Assembly (NCBI GenBank): GCA_026391835.1
Contig: JAPLDF010000068.1
Coordinates: 188,101-252,100 of the forward strand
Length of the DNA: 64,000 nucleotides
Direction of reading: 5' to 3'
Origin: Bacteroidota bacterium
GTDB taxonomy: Bacteria; Bacteroidota; Bacteroidia; Bacteroidales; FEN-979
Below are positions 9,799 through 20,415 of the stretch, one piece after another. Both the position numbers and the translations under genes were made by a program. The notes below the pieces were generated by a model. The model did not search any database. It saw only the letters and a list, made by a program, of their open reading frames with translations, and was not told the origin of the DNA. Position 1 is the first letter of the stretch. Every line of letters starts with the position of its first letter.

Positions 9799-11175
9799 TT
9801 AGTTTTTAATCCATGTACGCTGGAATGAACAGGTGCGGTATTCATCCATGATGGCAATGTAGGTTGAATTCACTTTCTGGACAATCCACGCATCAATGAC
9901 GTCCTGCTTTTTCTTTTCCAGGGCGAGTTGCTGTATCCGGGCATAATCCTCATCGAGGTTTGCCTTATGGGGATTTGTCCGGGTTTTCAGGTAATAAATC
10001 CGGTAGTCCTGCTTGCCACGGTCGTTTGTGAGCACAGGAGCAGAAACATCTCCGGTTTTCAGTTTATCGATGACGAAAAAAATCTTGGCATCTATCTGGC
10101 TGGCTTCGAATTTACTGTTCCCGCTTACAGGGTTGATCATCATGCCGCCGCTGTTCTTTCCGGGATCGTCCGAATATTTGACCACGGCCACGTCATAGGT
10201 TATCTTCTTACTCATGATGAGGGATGCCACACTGTCGAGGGACGCCTTTGACCTGATCAGGTTTAACGGCGACACCTTGGGCTGTATCAGGATGTGGCGG
10301 ACATTGATGTATTCACCCCTGCGTTCGATCATCTGGATCAGGTGATACCCGTCCTCCGTTTCGACAATGTCGGAAACTTCGCCCGGCTTAAGCCTGAATG
10401 CGGCCGCTTCAAATTCGGGACGCATGGTCCCGCGTTTGAACATGCCCAGTTCGCCCCCCTGTTTTGAAGAGCCGGGATCTTCGGAATAGAGCACGGCAAG
10501 CGTGCTGAAATCATCACCCTTGACAAACCGCTCCTTGAAGTTTTTAAGTTTATTTTTCGCCTCCTGTTTTTCGGCGTCCCCGATGGAAGGTTGCCTGACG
10601 ATCACACCAATTTCAAACTCTGAATTGATCAGCGGAATGCTGTCTTTCGGGATTTTCCTGAAAAACGCTTTCACTTCTGCGGGCGTAATTGTTGCGTCCT
10701 TGGTTATTTTCTGTTGTTCCTGGTCTGTAAGCATTTGTTCCTGGACAACATCATGAAGTTCGTTTTTAATCTCGAGCAGCGATTTGCCAAAATGCTCTTC
10801 CAACCGGTCGGGTGAGCCGGCCTGCGAGATGAAATAACGCATCCGCCGGTCCATTTCAAGTTCAACCTGGGCATCGGTCACCTTGATGCTGTCGACCTGT
10901 GCCTGGTGCAGGAGAAGTTTTTGAAAAAGCAGGTTTTCCATGATCTGGCATTTCAGCTTTGGGGCTGTACCCTGGATATTGCCCTGGCTTCGGATCTGCA
11001 TATACTGGTTTTCAATATCCGATTTAAGGATCACGTTGCCCCCGACGATGCCGACCACCCCGTCGATGATCGTGTCCTGGCCGGACTGGGCATATAGCGA
11101 ACCGGTTAAAAGGACCGCTATCGAAACAAAAAACAGAACAAACCGAAGAATTCTCATAATTAGTTTTTTGGACAA
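9799..11175 (-). CDS. SurA-like periplasmic chaperone / parvulin-type peptidyl-prolyl isomerase
   Basis: Signal peptide, a SurA N-terminal-like region and two parvulin-like blocks (including VRHILIQ). Confidence 0.8.
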   Translation of the reverse strand: MSKKLIMRILRFVLFFVSIAVLLTGSLYAQSGQDTIIDGVVGIVGGNVILKSDIENQYMQIRSQGNIQGTAPKLKCQIMENLLFQKLLLHQAQVDSIKVTDAQVELEMDRRMRYFISQAGSPDRLEEHFGKSLLEIKNELHDVVQEQMLTDQEQQKITKDATITPAEVKAFFRKIPKDSIPLINSEFEIGVIVRQPSIGDAEKQEAKNKLKNFKERFVKGDDFSTLAVLYSEDPGSSKQGGELGMFKRGTMRPEFEAAAFRLKPGEVSDIVETEDGYHLIQMIERRGEYINVRHILIQPKVSPLNLIRSKASLDSVASLIMSKKITYDVAVVKYSDDPGKNSGGMMINPVSGNSKFEASQIDAKIFFVIDKLKTGDVSAPVLTNDRGKQDYRIYYLKTRTNPHKANLDEDYARIQQLALEKKKQDVIDAWIVQKVNSTYIAIMDEYRTCSFQRTWIKN

Positions 11176-11184
11176 CCGGTGCCC

Positions 11185-12024
11185 TTAATAAATCTCAAAA
11201 ACATTTTTCTTTTGTGCTTTGACGAATATGTCCTCCTGCATTTTGCCAAGAAGTTCTATCTTCCTTTTATTGAGGATGATATCACGGATCCTCTCTTTTT
11301 CAAAATTCAGGGGAGAAACACTCTCCTTGATTTTAAAATCCTTGAACCGAACCAGGTAGACATACATGGAGTCCTGGTATTCAAGATCACGGTGGTTTTT
11401 TAAAAACTCCTCCTGGTTGTAAGTTTTGATTGGTATCTGTTTTAACAGATCATTGAACAGCAGCCAGTTTTCATCATCAAGGAAATAATCTGCAGCATTT
11501 TTTTCGCACAGGTCTGACAATTTGGTTTTATCATCCGACGCATCCGAATTCAGCAATTTCTTAATTTGCCTGGCGACGGGCGATTTTAAAGGCAGTTTGA
11601 CATATTGAACCAGCACGATGTTGTCTTTCAGCAGAAAATTCTGCTGGTTGGCATCATAATAATTCTGCGTCTCCTCTTCTGTGATCAGGGTATCGAGTTT
11701 TTGGCGGACAAGTGCATTTTCGTAAGCGTAGATGGTCAGCGAATTTTTATAGTTTTCGAGCTGCTTTGAAAAGTCCATCTGTGAACCTGACAAGTTCTTT
11801 TCGGCCTGCTGGATCATGAGCCTCTGCCGTACCCAGCTGTCGATAAAACTCCGTGTAATGACGAGGCTGTCTTTGGGCAATGTTCCGGGAGCCACAAGAC
11901 CTTTCAACTCGGATTCATAAAGATAATCATCATAAACCCTGGCTAAAACCCGCTCGTTTTTTTTTTTGAAAAATGTGGAGCAGGACGCAGCAAAGATCAG
12001 GAGTAGGATAAGTGACCGGTTCAA
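11185..12024 (-). CDS. hypothetical lipoprotein (SurA-N-like helper?)
   Basis: Lipobox LIFAASC. It lies between two PPIase genes in one operon. I recognise no catalytic motif. Confidence 0.5.
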   Translation of the reverse strand: MNRSLILLLIFAASCSTFFKKKNERVLARVYDDYLYESELKGLVAPGTLPKDSLVITRSFIDSWVRQRLMIQQAEKNLSGSQMDFSKQLENYKNSLTIYAYENALVRQKLDTLITEEETQNYYDANQQNFLLKDNIVLVQYVKLPLKSPVARQIKKLLNSDASDDKTKLSDLCEKNAADYFLDDENWLLFNDLLKQIPIKTYNQEEFLKNHRDLEYQDSMYVYLVRFKDFKIKESVSPLNFEKERIRDIILNKRKIELLGKMQEDIFVKAQKKNVFEIY

Positions 12025-12030
12025 TTGGTT

Positions 12031-14022
12031 TTATTTAATTTTAGCAAGCACTTCCTTTTTCACCTCAACCGGATACTTTACCCTGAGGGAAGTGATCCAC
12101 TCTTTTTCAAGGTAGTTCTGATAATCAGCTGTGATAAGTCCCCTGGCCTCGTTGAGTTCCTTGACTTCCGGTTTCAGGATCCTGCGAACGTAAACAAAAA
12201 CAGTCGTGCCTTTGTTGACCATGTCGGCAGAGAAGCCAGGTGTCCAGGGAATTGAATCGATCAGTTTATTATCCTTACGGGAAAATTTCCCGCTTTCAAG
12301 GGTAAGCACCTGCAAAGAGTCGGTATTCACCTCCTTCAGCAGGTCGGTATCGGATAATCCCGATTTGACGAAGTTTTTAACCTTTTGAACGGCTTTGACA
12401 TCTTTCACTGTGTAGATCGTAGCGTCAAGACGGGTTTCCCAGCGGTAGTTGTTTTTATTTTTCTGGTAAAAAGCAGCAAGCCCAACAGTATCTTTCACTG
12501 CTTTTGACCAAACCTTCTGATCGGTGAGATCGAACAGGAGGATGCCGTCGCGGTATTCACCCATGAGTGCCTTGAATTCGGGGTACTTTTGTTCAAGCCG
12601 GGAATTTTCAAATTTCAACAAACTTTCATCCACGAACTCGGTGTACTTTTTATCCACGTATGTTTCAATGGTTTGTTTTTCCTGCTTGCGCTGGGATGCT
12701 GCCAGGTAGTCGGCAAAATCCTTCTGGAGAAAGGTCATGTTGCCAATTTTAAAGATCATGCCGGTGAGGTCATTTGCCAGGGCGGCTCTCCATTTTGCGA
12801 TGAAGATACTGTCGTTGACAACCTTATAAAACGCCTTCACGGCTTCGGGGTTTTCGGTAATGCCATATTCACTCCTGATCCTTGCGATCACGACCTGGCG
12901 TGTCTGGTCACCACGGTTATCTTTCATGATCCGCTGTTTCAGTTCAGCCTTTTCTTCATCGATCGGCTTCTGGGTTTTGCGTTCGATGAGTTTCACGATA
13001 TGCCAGCCATAGGTTGTGAGGATGGGTTTGGTATAATCGCCGGCATTGTCGAGGGAATAAATTGCTTCAACAAACTCAGGAACCATGCGGTTTACGCCAA
13101 AAGCGGGAAGTACACCCCCTTTTGCAGCAGAACCCTTGTCGTCGGAATAGGTTTTCACAAGATCCTCAAATGAAGTGCCGCCTGTTAACTTAGTGTAAAC
13201 CGAGTCGATGCGCTTGTGCACCCTGGCAGAATCGTCGGCAGTGGCATTTTTAGGAATAGCAAGGAAGATATGGGCAACGGTTACCTTGCCAAGGGCAGGG
13301 CGCCGTGCTGTTACTTTAATGAGATGATAGCCATATTCGGTACGGACCGGCTGTGACACCTGTCCTACTTCGGTTGCCCATGCACCATTTTCAAAGGCAT
13401 AAACCATATCAAATACTGCAAAGAAACCGAGGTCGCCCTTGTTGCCTTTCAGAAACGGGTGTTGTTGTGTTGGTTCACGGTCTTTGGCCGAGGGGTCTTC
13501 GGAGAGTTCAACGGCAACAGCTTCAAACGATGCGCCGCTCATAAGTTTTTCCCTGGCTGCTGTTGCTTTTTTAAAAGCAATCAGCGTGTCTTCGGGAGTT
13601 GCATCCGGTGCCAGCCTGAAAAAGATATGGCTTGCCCGCAGGTCGGTCTTTTCGCGATCATACGCCTCGAGTATCAGGCGGTTGAGTGTGGCATCATCGG
13701 TAAAATAGGGTTTCGCAAGTTGTTCGCGGTACCCGTTCAATTCGGTCCTGAAGGAAGCTACGGTATCAAGTCCGAGTTCCTCGGCCTGTTTCACCTTGAG
13801 TTTGAAATTGATAAAGAGGTCCAGGTATTCATCAAGCGACTTTTTGTCGATCGCTTCACCTTTGACATTATTTTTCTGGTAGATGTTCAAAAATTCACTC
13901 ACATAAATCTGCTTGCCTGCGATGGTCATCAGCACTTCATCATTGCCGACCTGAGCTTTAGACGAGAGAATTGTTACAAGGACAAAAACCGGTAATAAAA
14001 GTTTTCCTTTCAAGCTATTCAT
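12031..14022 (-). CDS. large parvulin-type peptidyl-prolyl isomerase (PpiD/SurA family)
   Basis: 663 aa with a signal peptide. Two parvulin cores are marked by ASHIFFRL and VAHIFLAI, with GGDLGFF-like blocks. Confidence 0.75.
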   Translation of the reverse strand: MNSLKGKLLLPVFVLVTILSSKAQVGNDEVLMTIAGKQIYVSEFLNIYQKNNVKGEAIDKKSLDEYLDLFINFKLKVKQAEELGLDTVASFRTELNGYREQLAKPYFTDDATLNRLILEAYDREKTDLRASHIFFRLAPDATPEDTLIAFKKATAAREKLMSGASFEAVAVELSEDPSAKDREPTQQHPFLKGNKGDLGFFAVFDMVYAFENGAWATEVGQVSQPVRTEYGYHLIKVTARRPALGKVTVAHIFLAIPKNATADDSARVHKRIDSVYTKLTGGTSFEDLVKTYSDDKGSAAKGGVLPAFGVNRMVPEFVEAIYSLDNAGDYTKPILTTYGWHIVKLIERKTQKPIDEEKAELKQRIMKDNRGDQTRQVVIARIRSEYGITENPEAVKAFYKVVNDSIFIAKWRAALANDLTGMIFKIGNMTFLQKDFADYLAASQRKQEKQTIETYVDKKYTEFVDESLLKFENSRLEQKYPEFKALMGEYRDGILLFDLTDQKVWSKAVKDTVGLAAFYQKNKNNYRWETRLDATIYTVKDVKAVQKVKNFVKSGLSDTDLLKEVNTDSLQVLTLESGKFSRKDNKLIDSIPWTPGFSADMVNKGTTVFVYVRRILKPEVKELNEARGLITADYQNYLEKEWITSLRVKYPVEVKKEVLAKIK

Positions 14023-14069
14023 TGTTGGTGGTATTAGTTTGACAATTAGATTAACGATTGGATTGCTAT

Positions 14070-14098
14070 TTAATTTTTAATTTTTAATTTTTAATTTC
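14070..14098. repeat. AT-rich heptamer tandem repeat (TAATTTT)n
   Basis: tttaatttttaatttttaatttttaatttc lies in the 81-bp spacer between the PPIase start and the guaB stop. Confidence 0.8.
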
Positions 14099-14103
14099 AC
14101 CAG

Positions 14104-15579
14104 TTACCGGCTGTAATTCGGCGCCTCGCTGATGATGGTAACATCGTGCGGGTGGCTTTCGGCAACCCCGGCAGCACTGATCTTGATAAATTTTGCGTGC
14201 TGCAGTATTTCAATGGTTTGTGATCCCGTATAGCCCATACCGGCTTTCAGGCCGCCGACCATCTGGTAGATCACCTCCGACAGGGATCCCTTATAGGGAA
14301 CCCGGCCTACAATCCCTTCGGGAACAAGTTTCTTGATATCCTCTTCAACATCCTGGAAATAGCGGTCTTTGGAACCATGCTGCATGGCTTCGATGGAGCC
14401 CATCCCGCGGTAAGTTTTGTACTTCCGGCCTTCAAAAATTACGGTTTCGCCGGGAGATTCATCAACCCCGGCAAAGAGCGAACCCGCCATGATGGAGTGT
14501 GCTCCAGCGGCCAGTGCTTTGACTATATCGCCGGTATAGCGGATCCCGCCATCGGCTATTGCAGGAATACCGGTGCCTTTCAGCGCCGCAGTCACATCAT
14601 AGATGGCGGATAATTGCGGGACGCCGATGCCGGCGATAATGCGTGTCGTACAAATCGATCCGGGCCCGATGCCGATCTTGACACCGTCGACGCCAATTTT
14701 GGCCAGGTCAATGGCAGCTTCCCCGGTGCCGATGTTTCCGATGACCAGGTCTACGTCGGGGAAAGCGTTCTTCACGCGTTTGGCCATCTCCATCACGCCT
14801 TTGGAATGGCCGTGGGCGGTATCTATCACGATGGCATCTACGTTTTCACGAACCAGGGCGGCAACCCGTTCGAGGGTGTCGAATGTCACGCCTACCCCCG
14901 CTGCGACACGCAGGCGCCCGAGGCTGTCCTTGCAGGCGTTCGGACGTGCTTTCACCTTCAAAATGTCCTTATAGGTGATCAGTCCGATGAGTTTGTTGTT
15001 TTTATCGACAACCGGGAGCTTTTCAATTTTATGTTTCTGAAGGATGGCTTCGGCCTGCTCGAAATCGGTAAATTCACTGATGGTAATCACGGTTTTTGTC
15101 ATTACCTCCGTGACCGGCCGCATGTGGTCGCGTTCGAAGCGCAGGTCGCGGTTGGTGACGATTCCGACCAGTTCGTTGCCGGCATTGATCACCGGGATCC
15201 CGCCAATGCTGAACTCCTTCATCATCAGCAGGGCATCGCCGACCAGTGCATGCTCCATAAGTGTAACGGGCTGGAGGATCATGCCGTTTTCGGCACGCTT
15301 GACTTTTCGTACCTGCAATGCCTGGTCTTCAATGGACATGTTTTTGTGCAATACCCCGATCCCGCCTTCCTGCGCCATGGCAATCGCCATACGTGATTCC
15401 GTAACGGTATCCATCGCAGCAGAGACAATCGGAATGTTGAGTTTTATATTGCGGGAAAACAACGTCGTGACGTCGGTTTCCCGGGGAAGAACCTCGGAAT
15501 AGGCAGGAACAAGCAATACATCGTCATACGTCAACCCTTCACCCCGGAATTTATCTGAATTTAGGAACATATGCATCAA
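14104..15579 (-). CDS. guaB: IMP dehydrogenase
   Basis: [11 protein letters not shown], a CBS pair, the catalytic loop [11 protein letters not shown] and GGIRYTGD. The true start is probably the ATG at 15570 (MFLNSDKF). Confidence 0.95.
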   Translation of the reverse strand: MMHMFLNSDKFRGEGLTYDDVLLVPAYSEVLPRETDVTTLFSRNIKLNIPIVSAAMDTVTESRMAIAMAQEGGIGVLHKNMSIEDQALQVRKVKRAENGMILQPVTLMEHALVGDALLMMKEFSIGGIPVINAGNELVGIVTNRDLRFERDHMRPVTEVMTKTVITISEFTDFEQAEAILQKHKIEKLPVVDKNNKLIGLITYKDILKVKARPNACKDSLGRLRVAAGVGVTFDTLERVAALVRENVDAIVIDTAHGHSKGVMEMAKRVKNAFPDVDLVIGNIGTGEAAIDLAKIGVDGVKIGIGPGSICTTRIIAGIGVPQLSAIYDVTAALKGTGIPAIADGGIRYTGDIVKALAAGAHSIMAGSLFAGVDESPGETVIFEGRKYKTYRGMGSIEAMQHGSKDRYFQDVEEDIKKLVPEGIVGRVPYKGSLSEVIYQMVGGLKAGMGYTGSQTIEILQHAKFIKISAAGVAESHPHDVTIISEAPNYSR

Positions 15580-15590
15580 AATTAAGTGTG

Positions 15591-15598
15591 CAAATGTA
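15591..15598 (-). promoter_or_regulatory. candidate Bacteroidota -7 box (TAnnTTTG) upstream of guaB
   Basis: The minus strand reads TACATTTG, about 12-20 nt upstream of the candidate guaB start codons. Confidence 0.3.
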
Positions 15599-15791
15599 CG
15601 AAAATATATTATTCAAACTCATTGTAAATTAAAACCGCATGAGGTTGTTTTGAATGTAAATAATCACTACAACGACGCCGGAATGCAATATAAAAAAGTT
15701 GCGGTTAACAGGTCCATAGATTCTTTCAACAACCGATGTGCCAGGTTGGGGTATGTTTATGTTGTGTCAGAATCAAAAAGATACAAAAATT

Positions 15792-17282
15792 TTACGGGTA
15801 CAGCTCCCTGTGACATTCGGTGCAGAAATAGGCCTTCCATTTGTCTTTGATATCAATTGGATGCTGAAACTCCATCAGGTTGTCGATGGTGGAATACTGA
15901 ATCTTACCTGTCGGGCCCTGGGCGATAATGGTATGGCAAAGGTTGCAGTCCCTCGATATTATTTTTCCCTTCTCGCTTTTATGCCGGCTGGAATGACAAC
16001 GGAAGCAGCCATCGGATTCAAGGTGGCCGATGTGGTTGAGGTATTTGTTTGCAGATGCCCGCATAAAGGGAAACACGTTCAGTGAAAACTCCTGCTGGAT
16101 ACCCGCAATGGCTTTATCAATCATCGGTTTCTGGGCCTTGAAGATCCCGGGATATCCTATCCTGTAAAAGTTGGTAATGCTGTCGCGGATATACATAAAA
16201 GCAGAATCCTTGTTGGTGAAAGATCCCTTGAGGACATCCATTGCGATTTTCTTAATAAACGGCAGCTCCTTTGGAATTTCACCCGAAATCATGGCATTGT
16301 CGACATAGACCATGGGCGATTTGTAGGAGTGCGACGGGCGGTTGTGACAGTCCATGCAGTCCATGATGCGGTGCGGCAGGGTGTCAAGCGCTTTCTTGTC
16401 AAGCATGTTATCGGTATCCTGGAAGATCTGGACATCCCCTGTTTTCAGGTTGGTGAATTTTACCCATGGAATCGATTCCCGGTCCCTGGCAGAAGCGACA
16501 TACTCAATACGCATGTCTTTGTTGATATGCCAGTGGATTCCTTCAATCAAACCCATCGGGCTGTAATTCGGACCTATGCGCATCAGCATGGAATAGTTGA
16601 ATTCCGTATTGAGCGAGTCGGTGAGATAAACCCGCTGACTGCGCAATTTACGGGCATAAAATTTTTGGGGCCAGTGGCAGCGTTCGCATGTTTCACGAGC
16701 CGGACGTAAGTTGAGGATCGGTGTTTCAATGGGTTGGGCATATTTATGGAAGATGACCGAATAGACCTGGTACATCCCCGACAACTTTGACTTCACATAC
16801 CAGCCGGCACCTTCGCCAACATGGCACTCAACGCAGGCAACACGTGCGTGGGGGGAATGGAGGTAGGTTACATACTCCGGCTCCATCACGTTGTGGCAAA
16901 GCTTTCCGCAGAATTCGACAGATTCGGTGTAATTGAACGCCTCATAACTGCCCATGGCGGAAACAATTAAAAACAAAAATGTAAACACGGAAACCATCAC
17001 CAGTTTCTGCCGCTGCTTTGGTACATTCATATCCAGTACAGGCCAGCGGTTATCCGGATCGTGTGTTTTCTTCCGGTTTATCAGCATTCCGATCGGGATC
17101 AGCAACAGGCCGATGACAAGAATTGTCGGAAGGATGATGTATGTAAATATCCCGTTATATGGATTCTGGTGATCGGAGAGCAATGCCTGTATAAACAATA
17201 CGACAATCAGGATGAAGCTGTTAACGGCAAAAATAAAACCGGTAATGCTGATCCAGTTGGAGGTAGATTTTGGTAATTTCAT
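15792..17282 (-). CDS. membrane-anchored multiheme c-type cytochrome (NapC/NirT/NrfH-like N-terminal module)
   Basis: Three N-terminal TM helices. Six CxxCH motifs (CVECH, CERCH, CMDCH, CFRCH, CNLCH, CTECH) plus one CxxxCH (CGKLCH). Confidence 0.75.
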   Translation of the reverse strand: MKLPKSTSNWISITGFIFAVNSFILIVVLFIQALLSDHQNPYNGIFTYIILPTILVIGLLLIPIGMLINRKKTHDPDNRWPVLDMNVPKQRQKLVMVSVFTFLFLIVSAMGSYEAFNYTESVEFCGKLCHNVMEPEYVTYLHSPHARVACVECHVGEGAGWYVKSKLSGMYQVYSVIFHKYAQPIETPILNLRPARETCERCHWPQKFYARKLRSQRVYLTDSLNTEFNYSMLMRIGPNYSPMGLIEGIHWHINKDMRIEYVASARDRESIPWVKFTNLKTGDVQIFQDTDNMLDKKALDTLPHRIMDCMDCHNRPSHSYKSPMVYVDNAMISGEIPKELPFIKKIAMDVLKGSFTNKDSAFMYIRDSITNFYRIGYPGIFKAQKPMIDKAIAGIQQEFSLNVFPFMRASANKYLNHIGHLESDGCFRCHSSRHKSEKGKIISRDCNLCHTIIAQGPTGKIQYSTIDNLMEFQHPIDIKDKWKAYFCTECHRELYP

Positions 17283-17482
17283 ACGTGTTTTTAATTTAGA
17301 ATGTTTCTATCTAACGTGCTGTAAATGACCGGATAAAATTAATACTAATTCTCACAAATAAAAATTTACGGGCTTCAATTGTGAAAAAAGAGACAGTTTT
17401 TTTTCTTCCCGGCACGCCGGATCCGGGCGGAGTCACCATTTCATCCGTTACTGTTGACTTTCCTCATTTTTGATCGTATATT

Positions 17483-17490
17483 TACATTTG
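17483..17490 (+). promoter_or_regulatory. candidate Bacteroidota -7 box (TAnnTTTG)
   Basis: TACATTTG lies 47 nt upstream of the ATG at 17537. No well-spaced -33 TTTG is seen. Confidence 0.3.
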
Positions 17491-17536
17491 TTTTTTAAGC
17501 AACCAGGGTTTTCACCAAATCAAGGGAGGTTAGATC

Positions 17537-19654
17537 ATGAAAAGTCAGTTATTCTTTCATAAAAGGTTTTTTGGAATTTTCTTTCTTACAACTATCTGGT
17601 TATCATCATTTTCACAGACCCGTGGATTAAAGGCCATGAACGATACGATTGATCTTTATCCCGGGGTGCCCCGGGTCTTCAACATACTGGCCAACGATTC
17701 CATTCCTGCCGGCAGTTATGTAAAATTGGTATCCCTTGGCGGAGCGGGCCATGTCCAATGCCTGAGAAGCCACGATTCAACGTGGACCTGGACATTTACC
17801 TTTACGGTTCCGTTTTGGGGATATGGAGGCAACCTGCTTTCAAAATACTCCATTGCAACGATTCCGATGGATACAAGTTCAGCCTATATTCTGTTCAGGA
17901 TCCATGATAAAAGCTACAGTTATCTCGATATAAACAATGTCAACGCTCGGTTCAGCGCTTCCGGTTCTCATTTTTTCTACGATACCGCCCAGTATGAAGT
18001 GCCCAAAGGAAGCGGGAAAACCTCCATGTTTTCAAATACCATGTGGATTGGCGGTAAAGACGGGCAGGGGCAGGTTCATTTTGCGGGGGAGCGGTACCGC
18101 CAGGGACCTGTTTTCGGCCCTGCCGGGACATGTCCCGACTTTTATGCCGGCCCCGTGATGGATTCCACCAAATATTCAATTTACCAGGATACCATCTGGA
18201 ACTACATCTGGAATTTGAAAAAAAGCGATATCGACTATCACAGGGCCCATTTCACGGATGCCGGCTATACGCCCATTCATGATATTCTAACCTGGCCGGG
18301 AAACGGGAAGACATCCCTGGGGCAGGCCCCGCAGCTGGCACCTTATATCGACGAAAATGAGAACAGCATCTATGATCCGCTGAACGGCGATTACCCTGCA
18401 ATCCGGGGAGACCAGGCATTGTTCTTTATTTTCAACGACGACCGCGGTCAGCACTATGAATCACAGGGAGCAAAACTCAGGGTGGAAATTCACGGCATGG
18501 CATATGCGTATGACATGCCCGAAGATTCGGCGCTGAAAAATACGGTATTTCTGTACTACCGGTTATACAATCGTTCACAGACCACGTACGACAGCACACT
18601 GCTGGGCATCTTCTCGGATATCGACCTCGGATATGCCAATGATGATTACGTTGGTTGTGACGTTGAACGAAGCATGTATTTTGGTTACAACGGCATGCCC
18701 ATTGATGGCACCGGCCAGTCAAACGCATACGGGGAAAATCCGCCGACACAGTCTGTAACACTCCTGGCAGGACCTTATATGGATGCAGACGGCATCGACA
18801 ACCCCCGCTATGACCTGAATGGAAACCAGTTGTGTGATTTCAGTGTGAACGGTTTAAATTTCGGCGATTCAGTTGCCGACAATGAACGGTTTGGACTGCA
18901 AAGGTTCCTGTATATCAACAATTCAAACTCGGGGGTGCCGTCATACATGCAAGACCCGAATTATGCCCCTGAATATTACCAGTTATTATGCGGGAAATGG
19001 AAAAACGGAACAACGATGGTATACGGCGGCAACGGTAGCCCGACTGCAGGAGGGTACGGGCCTGAATGCCGGTTTATGTTCCCCGGCGAATCTGACACCC
19101 TGAACTGGGGAGTTGGGTGTGCCCCTCCCAACGGACCGGTTAACTGGACTGAAGAAACAGCAAAGAATAACCCGGGCGACCGGCGGGGTTTGGGTGTGAC
19201 AGGCCCGGTTACCTTCAAACCCGGAGATATCCAGGAAGTGGACCTTGCCTTTTCCTGGGCAAGGGACTACACATCGGACAACCCGCTGGGTTCACTTGCA
19301 AAACTGCGGCTGATTACCGACAAGATCAACAAGGCGTTTGCTTCAAACCGGCTGCCTGATGGCACCCTGATCAACGGGTTCAGCGATCAGCATAAACCTT
19401 GCGATCTCCTGGCAACTGTTTATCCCAACCCGTCCAGGGATCAGTTAACCATCAAATCTGTAAATGAATTCCTGCCGGCGAACACGGTCATCGACCTGGT
19501 GACCACCCAAGGGAGTTGCGTCCAAAGCATCGTAACAACCAACCGCACAAAATTGGTTCACCTCGACATCTCTCAAATTCCTCCAGGCGTTTATTTTATC
19601 AGGATAAAAACGGGTGAAGGCCAGGTTGTTAAAAAAGCTGTGGTCATGCACTAG
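17537..19654 (+). CDS. secreted protein with T9SS type-A C-terminal sorting domain
   Basis: Signal peptide. The C-terminus VYPNPSRDQLTIK...GVYFIRIKTGEGQVVKKAVVMH is a typical Por/T9SS CTD. I do not recognise the body of the protein. Confidence 0.7.
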   Translation: MKSQLFFHKRFFGIFFLTTIWLSSFSQTRGLKAMNDTIDLYPGVPRVFNILANDSIPAGSYVKLVSLGGAGHVQCLRSHDSTWTWTFTFTVPFWGYGGNLLSKYSIATIPMDTSSAYILFRIHDKSYSYLDINNVNARFSASGSHFFYDTAQYEVPKGSGKTSMFSNTMWIGGKDGQGQVHFAGERYRQGPVFGPAGTCPDFYAGPVMDSTKYSIYQDTIWNYIWNLKKSDIDYHRAHFTDAGYTPIHDILTWPGNGKTSLGQAPQLAPYIDENENSIYDPLNGDYPAIRGDQALFFIFNDDRGQHYESQGAKLRVEIHGMAYAYDMPEDSALKNTVFLYYRLYNRSQTTYDSTLLGIFSDIDLGYANDDYVGCDVERSMYFGYNGMPIDGTGQSNAYGENPPTQSVTLLAGPYMDADGIDNPRYDLNGNQLCDFSVNGLNFGDSVADNERFGLQRFLYINNSNSGVPSYMQDPNYAPEYYQLLCGKWKNGTTMVYGGNGSPTAGGYGPECRFMFPGESDTLNWGVGCAPPNGPVNWTEETAKNNPGDRRGLGVTGPVTFKPGDIQEVDLAFSWARDYTSDNPLGSLAKLRLITDKINKAFASNRLPDGTLINGFSDQHKPCDLLATVYPNPSRDQLTIKSVNEFLPANTVIDLVTTQGSCVQSIVTTNRTKLVHLDISQIPPGVYFIRIKTGEGQVVKKAVVMH

Positions 19655-19704
19655 GCCTGCTTCCTGAAAAAAGTTATTTTTGCAGCATCTGCAGGTAGCA
19701 TTCT

Positions 19705-20346
19705 ATGAAAAACACCTTTGCCCTACTTTTCATAATGTTGGTATTTTTGCCAGCCTTCGCCCAGGTAATCCCCGACCAGTCGACGATGATGGCCAGGTCG
19801 CCCGCAACCTTCAGGGCCCTGTTTAAAACAACCAAGGGTGATTTTACTATTGAGGTATACAGGGAGTGGTCGCCAGCGGGCGCCGACAGGCTCTATCAGC
19901 TGCTGATGACAGGCTTTTACAACCAGAATGCGTTGTTCAGGGTCCAGAAAGGGTACGTGGTTCAATTCGGGATCGGGAATGCAAAAGATGTTAACTATTT
20001 CTGGGACAAGCATCCTATCACCGATGAGCCCGTGAGGACAGCAAACCTGAAAGGAACCATCTCGTATGCCCGCGACGGCATGAACAGCAGGACATCCCAG
20101 TTGTTTGTCAACCTGAAAGACAACAACAAGCTGGATACGGTTAATTACAACGGGTTGCAGGGGTTTCCACCTGCCGGAAGAGTTGTTTCGGGGTTTGAGG
20201 TTATTGAAGCCCTTTTTGCCGGGTATGGGTTTGAACCTGCCAACCACCAGGACTCAGTCATGATTTACGGAAACAGTTACCTGAAGAAGAAATTCCCGGA
20301 TCTGGATTATATTATTGAAGCTCATCTGATCACCTCATCCCCCTGA
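19705..20346 (+). CDS. cyclophilin-type peptidyl-prolyl isomerase (periplasmic)
   Basis: Signal peptide. Blocks FKTTKGDFTIEVY...FYNQNALFRVQKGYVVQFG and SQLFVNL. Confidence 0.9.
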   Translation: MKNTFALLFIMLVFLPAFAQVIPDQSTMMARSPATFRALFKTTKGDFTIEVYREWSPAGADRLYQLLMTGFYNQNALFRVQKGYVVQFGIGNAKDVNYFWDKHPITDEPVRTANLKGTISYARDGMNSRTSQLFVNLKDNNKLDTVNYNGLQGFPPAGRVVSGFEVIEALFAGYGFEPANHQDSVMIYGNSYLKKKFPDLDYIIEAHLITSSP

Positions 20347-20400
20347 CCCCTTCTCCTGAAGGGGAGTTCCCTCTCCTCCAGGAGAGGGTTAGGGTGAGGC
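20347..20400. repeat. double GC-rich hairpin element (REP-like, probable terminator)
   Basis: cccctt/aagggg (20347-20364) and ccctctcc/ggagaggg (20369-20388, perfect 8-bp stem, 4-nt loop). It sits immediately after the cyclophilin stop. Confidence 0.5.
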
Positions 20401-20415
20401 GCCTAAATTAATGCT

